A DNA stretch of 28,041 nt from a virus (lineage: Duplodnaviria > Caudoviricetes): IMG/VR virus record IMGVR_UViG_3300010376_000105, positions 1-28,041 of that record; one strand, written 5' to 3'. The notes beneath the pieces are model-generated. The model searched no databases and had not been told where the DNA came from. It saw only the letters and a program-made list of their open reading frames with translations. This document shows, piece by piece, positions 23,733 to 28,041 of this stretch. The translations under genes were made by a program, and so were the position numbers. The first letter of the stretch is position 1. Every line of letters starts with the position of its first letter.

Positions 23733-24929
23733 ATGGCATTTGGACAGGTCAGGAAACGGACTATCGGCGGGATCGTCCGCTACACGGTTGAATGGCGCGA
23801 TGGATTCGGCCGGCGCCGACAACGGAAATTCGCCCGCGACGATGACGCCCAGCGCTTCGCGGACCCGCCGCAGGTCAAGGCACAAGCAGGGCTGGACCCG
23901 CAGGTACCCGTCAGCGCAGCCCGCACGTTTGGCGAGTGGGCGAATCACTGGCTGACGGAATTCGTCACGGTCACGCGAGCGCCGAAAACGGCGCGCTCCT
24001 ACCGGGACACCATGCGGCGCTTCATCCTGCACAGGTCGCCCGAGAACCCGCACGCCATCGGTAGCCTGCCGGTGGCGGGCGTCACGGTCGCGCACATGCT
24101 GCGGCTACTGACGTGGTGGAAGGGACAGGGCTACGCCCCGGACTCGCTCCGCATCATGTGGGCTGCGACGTCGGCATGCCTGACCGATGGCGTGGACCAC
24201 CAGCTACTGAGCTTCAATCCGCTGGCGTCGAAGCCGAAGAGTATCAAGCGACTGCTCTCCGGGATGGAGAACGAGACCCGGAAGTCGTTTACCCAGGACC
24301 AGGCCAATGCCTTCCTCTTCGCTGCCCGGACGTCTCCCCTCTATGCCCAGTTTCTGACTGGGCTGGACGCCGGGCTGCGGATCGGGGAATGGCGGGCGCT
24401 CTACCTGACGGACGTCTCCCAGGCAGAATCGAGTCTGGTAGTAGCGCGACAGCTTGCCGAGACTGGGACGCAGGTCGGACCGACGAAGGGCAAGCGGCGG
24501 CGGGAGGTAGCGCTATCGAACCGGCTGCGGACGCTGCTCGGGAAGGTCATTGCGGACCGCCCGGCGCTGCTCCTACGGTCGCGCTGGCGCCCGGCGCCCC
24601 CGTGGGTATTCCTGACCCGGAACGGGACGCCCTACACGCAACGGAATGTGCAGCGCGAGTTTCAAAAGGTGCTTGCTCGCGCGGGGCTGGCCGGGCTCGG
24701 GTTCTCTGCCCACTCGCTGCGGCACACGTTCGCCTGTCTCCACTTGGCGAATGCCAGGGACGTCAACATCGTGCAGTGGGTGCAGCAGCAGCTAGGGCAT
24801 TCCTCGATTCTCACGACCATGAAGTATAGCAAGATGATTCGCATATACGATCCGGCTGCGGCGGACCGGCTGGAATTGCTCGTCCACGGCGACGTCAATG
24901 CGACGATGGTTGCGACGAAGCCGGAATGA
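23733..24929 (+). CDS. int: Tyrosine integrase with N-terminal arm-binding domain
   Basis: Catalytic set GLRIGE (R), PTKG (K), HSLRH (HxxR), LGH, TTMKY (Y); N-terminal 'YTVEWRDGFGRRRQRKF'. Confidence 0.95.
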   Translation: MAFGQVRKRTIGGIVRYTVEWRDGFGRRRQRKFARDDDAQRFADPPQVKAQAGLDPQVPVSAARTFGEWANHWLTEFVTVTRAPKTARSYRDTMRRFILHRSPENPHAIGSLPVAGVTVAHMLRLLTWWKGQGYAPDSLRIMWAATSACLTDGVDHQLLSFNPLASKPKSIKRLLSGMENETRKSFTQDQANAFLFAARTSPLYAQFLTGLDAGLRIGEWRALYLTDVSQAESSLVVARQLAETGTQVGPTKGKRRREVALSNRLRTLLGKVIADRPALLLRSRWRPAPPWVFLTRNGTPYTQRNVQREFQKVLARAGLAGLGFSAHSLRHTFACLHLANARDVNIVQWVQQQLGHSSILTTMKYSKMIRIYDPAAADRLELLVHGDVNATMVATKPE

Positions 24930-25273
24930 AGCGGCTGAATCCTTAGCGTATCTCGACGCTTACCGAAGTCTGACCTTCCTGCTACGAATCAGAAGGTCGC
25001 CCGTTCGAATCGGGCTGGGCGCACTCGGGATTCCCAATACTTACCGGGACTTGTGGCCCGGAAGCTATAGCGGATTCCCTGAGATAACGCCCGATAAAAG
25101 GGCATTCGTCGCAATACGGGGGGGTTCCGTTGCGACGCTCCGTGCGACGCTCCGCAAACCCGCGCCAGATGCGGGTTTCCCGATGCGACGCTTTGAGCAT
25201 CTTACTGACGGTCAGATGCTCAACCGAAATCCCCTGTGTTTTCCTGAGCGTTACGGCTGCGTCCCGTGCGACG
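24888..25273. repeat. TGCGACG repeats flanking the att core (probable integrase arm-type sites)
   Basis: Copies at 24888 (ggcgacg), 24899 and 24911 left of the core; 25107 (inverted), 25131, 25143, 25184 and 25267 right of it; 11-12 bp spacing within clusters. Confidence 0.7.
24982..25024 (+). other. attP: attP core = 3' half of tRNA-Arg(ACG)
   Basis: ctACGaa anticodon loop, tcaga, variable loop aggtc, T-arm gcccg-ttcgaat-cgggc, acceptor strand tgggcgc-a; no D-arm or 5' half; 52 bp downstream of int. Confidence 0.9.
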
Positions 25274-25299
25274 CTAGCTCACAGTCAGATGCTCAACCG
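25193..25299. promoter_or_regulatory. Operator-like array: 10-bp perfect inverted repeat plus 16-bp direct repeat
   Basis: ttgagcatct(25193-25202)-11 bp-agatgctcaa(25214-25223); gtcagatgctcaaccg at 25211-25226 and 25284-25299. Confidence 0.6.
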
Positions 25300-25316
25300 T
25301 GGCGGGAGGGGTGGCG

Positions 25317-25775
25317 ATGGCGACCCGAAAAGCCAGCGCAAACGTGGCTCGAATCCCGGAGATATTCGAGCCCGATATTATTCTACCCGAGCAGTACACC
25401 GTCCCGCGTGGGATGCCGGCGCAAGGCGAGCGGGCGCTGCTCCTGGCGGTCCTGGAAATTGCGGTCCGCGACCTGGAGCTATTCTCGGGGAAGAAAGCGC
25501 GCCTGCTCATCCCGCCGAAGGACTGGGACGGGCTGCGCTATCGGTACTGGAAAGCCGTCCGCGAGCGCGATGCGCTCCTAGCGTGGTTCCGCTCCGAATC
25601 GACCGCGCACGCTTTCACGTTCGTTTCCATCTGTGAGGCATTCGGGCTGCACCCGGACGCCATCCGCCGACAGCTCGAAAAGCGGGGCTGGGTACCGGCG
25701 CGGTCCCCGACCCATCTGCATGCCACGGCGCAGCATCCCCGCCAACTGCACGGGGGCTATCAGGGTGCCGGATGA
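25317..25775 (+). CDS. Conserved hypothetical protein with C-terminal HTH-like segment, putative transcription regulator (152 aa)
   Basis: SD ggagggg, ATG 25317; 'FEPDIILPEQY...GERALLLAVLE.AV.D...WF.S......FTFVSICEAFGLHPDAIR' motif; ATGA coupling to rep. Confidence 0.7.
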   Translation: MATRKASANVARIPEIFEPDIILPEQYTVPRGMPAQGERALLLAVLEIAVRDLELFSGKKARLLIPPKDWDGLRYRYWKAVRERDALLAWFRSESTAHAFTFVSICEAFGLHPDAIRRQLEKRGWVPARSPTHLHATAQHPRQLHGGYQGAG

Positions 25776-26527
25776 GCTGGGTGCTGATTGACGATGCGAT
25801 TTTCGACCACCCGAAAATCCTGGCGGTCGGACCCCATGCCGCGCTGCTCCACCTTGCCGCCATCGTCTGGTCCGCCCGGAACCTGACGGACGGTTTCGTG
25901 CCAGACGCGAAGGTCGGAACGCTTGTCAACTGGGATGACGCAGCGGAGTATGAACCGCTCGAATCGGACAAGCCGGGCGGACTCGTTTCGGCGTCCCGCG
26001 TGCAGCCCTACGACCTTGCCAATGCGCTCGTGGCGGTCCGTCTATGGCAAGAGACGGACGACGGCTATCGAATCCACGATTACCTGGAATATCAACGCAG
26101 TAGGGAGCAAATCCTGGCGAGTCGCGCTCGGGACCGGGTCCGCAAAGGCTGCGGTCCGAATGGAATCCGCGCGGAATCCAGCCGGATTCCGGCTGCTCCC
26201 AACCCCAACCCTACTAGAGACGTTCCGTCTCCGGATGTTCTTCCGGGTATCTCCGGAAGGTCTGAAGCTAGATCGACTGTCGGGAAGGGGAAGCACGGCG
26301 CTCCGCGCCGCGCCCCCGCGACACTCTGGCCCGATGACTTCAAGCTCACGGAGGAACGCCGCGACGTCGCGCGTGCTTTCGGGATCGACCCGGCAACGGA
26401 GTGGGCGAAATTCAAGGACTCGGCACTGGCCCACGGGCGCCGCTATGCGAATTGGGACGCGGCGTGGCGCTCGTGGTGCCGCAACGCGGAGAGCTTCGCA
26501 GGGAGGGGCGGGAATGCAGCTCGCTGA
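25772..26527 (+). CDS. Phage replication initiator (replisome organiser) with DnaT-like C-terminal domain
   Basis: N-terminal 'W..IDD..FDHPK...G..A...TDGFVP...LV.V.LW.....Y.IHDYLEYQ', low-complexity linker, C-terminal 'WPDDF...EWAKFKD...Y.NWDAAWRSW.RN'. Confidence 0.8.
   Translation: MSWVLIDDAIFDHPKILAVGPHAALLHLAAIVWSARNLTDGFVPDAKVGTLVNWDDAAEYEPLESDKPGGLVSASRVQPYDLANALVAVRLWQETDDGYRIHDYLEYQRSREQILASRARDRVRKGCGPNGIRAESSRIPAAPNPNPTRDVPSPDVLPGISGRSEARSTVGKGKHGAPRRAPATLWPDDFKLTEERRDVARAFGIDPATEWAKFKDSALAHGRRYANWDAAWRSWCRNAESFAGRGGNAAR
26154..26257. repeat. Iteron-like repeats in the rep linker (probable replication origin)
   Basis: ggaatcc 26162, ggaatcc 26173, ggattcc 26184 (11-bp period); tctccgga 26228, cttccggg 26240, tctccgga 26250. 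Confidence 0.5.
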
Positions 26528-26786
26528 CTGGCAGGAGCGGGACTGGCTACGGGCGCAGCGCTGGGCGGACGCCTGCACACGGGGGGACTGCAAGTATGCC
26601 GTGAACCCCGAGACCTACGCCGGGGAGGGATGCCCCGGCTACCACGCGACGCTTTACTACCAGGACACGAGACCGACGCTGCGTTACTGCCTGTGCGTCA
26701 GACGGCAGGCGTGGCACAAATTTCAACGGGAGCACCGCAAACCCGTTCAACGGGTCTCCCGCCGGCTCGCGTCAGACGAGACGTGA
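26514..26786 (+). CDS. Cys-rich 90-aa protein resembling the Zn-binding N-terminus of DnaI/DnaC-type loaders
   Basis: Start re-called to ATG 26514 (SD ggagggg); CxxxxC...CPGY...YCLC; follows rep. Confidence 0.5.
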   Translation: MQLADWQERDWLRAQRWADACTRGDCKYAVNPETYAGEGCPGYHATLYYQDTRPTLRYCLCVRRQAWHKFQREHRKPVQRVSRRLASDET

Positions 26787-26794
26787 TTTTTTCG

Positions 26795-26828
26795 TTGAGT
26801 CGTTTTCCCTTTCGAGGCAGACCGACGC
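26795..26828 (+). promoter_or_regulatory. Putative promoter upstream of ruvC sharing a 13-bp motif with the leftward promoter
   Basis: TTGAGTcgttttc then 21 nt to the ATG, the same geometry as TTGACTcgttttc at 23223-23211 (-). Confidence 0.5.
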
Positions 26829-27353
26829 ATGCCGGCGACGTGGTATCTCGGGATTGACCCAGGACTGCGGGGCGCGCTCGCGCTGCTCCCGCCCGACGGC
26901 GAATGCGTGGCCTGCACGGACACGCCGATTGTCCACGTGAAGAAAGGCACCACGACCCGCGCGCAGTACGCCCCCGGCGACATGCGCGGCGCGCTCGTGG
27001 CGCTGCTCGCCAAAGCGACCGTGGCGAACGGGCCGGAAGCAACCGAGCCGGCGCACGTCGTTGCGGTCATCGAGCTGGTCCATGCGCTGCCGGGGGAGGG
27101 AGTCCGCAGTGTCGGAACACTCATGCGCGGGTCGGGGCTCTGGGAAGGCATGTGCGCCGGGCTCGGGATTGCCGTGCGGCTGGTCACGCCGCTGGCGTGG
27201 AAGAAGCACGCTGGCTTGCTACGGACCAAGAAAGGCGCGAGCCGGGTAGTGGCGTCCACGATGTTTCCGACTCTCGATTTAGGGCCGAAGTCCCAGACGG
27301 GCCGGGCGGATGCGGTCCTGATTGCGGCGTATGGACGCGCAAACCACTTCTGA
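26829..27353 (+). CDS. ruvC: RuvC-like Holliday junction resolvase
   Basis: LGIDPG..GA, VIE, P..WKK, ADAVLIA motifs. Confidence 0.85.
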   Translation: MPATWYLGIDPGLRGALALLPPDGECVACTDTPIVHVKKGTTTRAQYAPGDMRGALVALLAKATVANGPEATEPAHVVAVIELVHALPGEGVRSVGTLMRGSGLWEGMCAGLGIAVRLVTPLAWKKHAGLLRTKKGASRVVASTMFPTLDLGPKSQTGRADAVLIAAYGRANHF

Positions 27354-27888
27354 CGGCTGGGAATCCATCGCCCAGTCGTTTGTGTCGGCGCTCGACGGGC
27401 AGCGCGCCGGCTACTGGGCGGCGGCGGACGTCGTGCGCGAAGTCCTGGACGGCACGGACGCGGACACTCGGCAGGCCCGCATCCGGGAGCTGGCGAAGGT
27501 GGCGCACGCATCGAGCAGCTACATTGCGCGACTCGCGGACCTGTCGGCGGCATTCCCGCAGCCCTACCGCTACCCCGACGTCCACCAAGCGTTTTACATG
27601 GCGGTTCTCAATGCGTCGAAGCGGACGAAGGAAAAGCCGACGTTCCTGCTCGACAAGGCGCTGCGGCTCGGCTGGCATGTCCAGAAGCTAAATAACATCG
27701 GGCAGCACTACTCCCGGCATCGCATCCACATGCAGGGCCAGTGTCTGGCGTGCGGGGGATTCCTGACGTTCACGCGGCGGGGCGAAAAGGGCGGGCTCTG
27801 CATTCCCTGTCCCGGCTGTCTCGCGGATGCGCGCGAAGCTCGGCGCTCGCTGCTCGATGCGTTCGTTATCGTGGGGCAGCTCACCTAG
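27331..27888 (+). CDS. LmbU-like HTH protein with C-terminal Zn ribbon
   Basis: Start re-called to ATG 27331; 'YWAAAD...IRELAKVAHASSSYIARLA.L...FP...R...LL.KA...GW....L' plus CLAC...CPGC. Confidence 0.5.
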   Translation: MDAQTTSDGWESIAQSFVSALDGQRAGYWAAADVVREVLDGTDADTRQARIRELAKVAHASSSYIARLADLSAAFPQPYRYPDVHQAFYMAVLNASKRTKEKPTFLLDKALRLGWHVQKLNNIGQHYSRHRIHMQGQCLACGGFLTFTRRGEKGGLCIPCPGCLADAREARRSLLDAFVIVGQLT

Positions 27889-28041
27889 ATGGCGTTCCAG
27901 TGGCATCCGGTTCCGTCGTTTGGCGGCGGACTGAATCTCGGCGCGGACCCGCTGAGTATCCAGGACGACCAATGGACGTGGTGCCACGGGTTCTATCCCG
28001 AGCAGGACCAAGCGCAGAGTGCCGGGAAGTTTCTCCGCGTA
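27889..28041 (+). CDS. Probable tail nozzle / stabilisation protein (tail tubular B or P22 gp10-like), 3'-truncated
   Basis: TAG-ATG junction; MAFQWHPVPSFGGGLNLGADPLSIQDDQW carries the F.GGLN....P..I N-terminal motif of podovirus nozzle proteins; only 51 codons visible. Confidence 0.55.
   Translation, partial: MAFQWHPVPSFGGGLNLGADPLSIQDDQWTWCHGFYPEQDQAQSAGKFLRV

Larger units (their letters stand above)
1..28041. mobile_element. Temperate tailed phage (podovirus-like), partial genome in excised/virion (attP) configuration
   Basis: TerL-portal-scaffold-MCP-adaptor-ejection gene order; no tape-measure, sheath or tube genes; integrase with attP; replication and recombination genes; no host housekeeping genes. 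Confidence 0.95.

Noticed and set aside
24982-25024. Complete tRNA-Arg gene
   Set aside because: Only the anticodon loop to acceptor 3' strand is present; no D-arm or 5' acceptor strand, so it is called as the att core
24888-25299. CRISPR or mini-array
   Set aside because: Repeats are 7-16 bp with irregular spacing and mixed orientation; no cas genes; better explained as arm and operator sites
24898-25581. 227-aa ORF spanning attP (possible integration-truncated repressor as in BPs-like phages)
   Set aside because: Overlaps both int and the 25317 gene, runs through repeats and tRNA-derived sequence, and has no HTH or protein-like composition
1-28041. Stop-codon reassignment
   Set aside because: TAA, TAG and TGA all end genes at tight junctions with the next start, and core genes are intact in the standard code

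Overview
The whole window is a high-GC temperate tailed phage with podovirus-like virion genes, seen in its non-integrated form (an intact attP sits inside phage genes). On the + strand are a 5'-truncated tail fibre with an S74 chaperone and two further receptor-binding proteins, TerL, portal, scaffold, major capsid protein, adaptor, a GNAT-like protein and six probable ejection proteins (2-19412). A leftward early operon follows (19409-23189): a Zn-finger peptide, a single-strand annealing protein, a PD-(D/E)XK exonuclease, an Lsr2-like/tandem-wHTH protein and two tiny membrane peptides. The rightward arm holds xis, a tyrosine integrase, attP (3' half of tRNA-Arg(ACG)), a putative regulator, a replication initiator, RuvC, an LmbU-like protein and the start of a probable tail nozzle. 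No cI-type repressor, TerS or endolysin is recognisable in the window. The most notable features are (i) a possible cI-independent control system (Lsr2-like silencer, attP between int and the lytic genes, an operator array and a shared promoter motif), (ii) three receptor-binding proteins with interlocking shared modules that suggest a daisy-chained fibre, (iii) a cluster of low-complexity Q/G/A-rich ejection proteins, and (iv) a split tail module. All family assignments come from motif recognition by eye; no database search was run.
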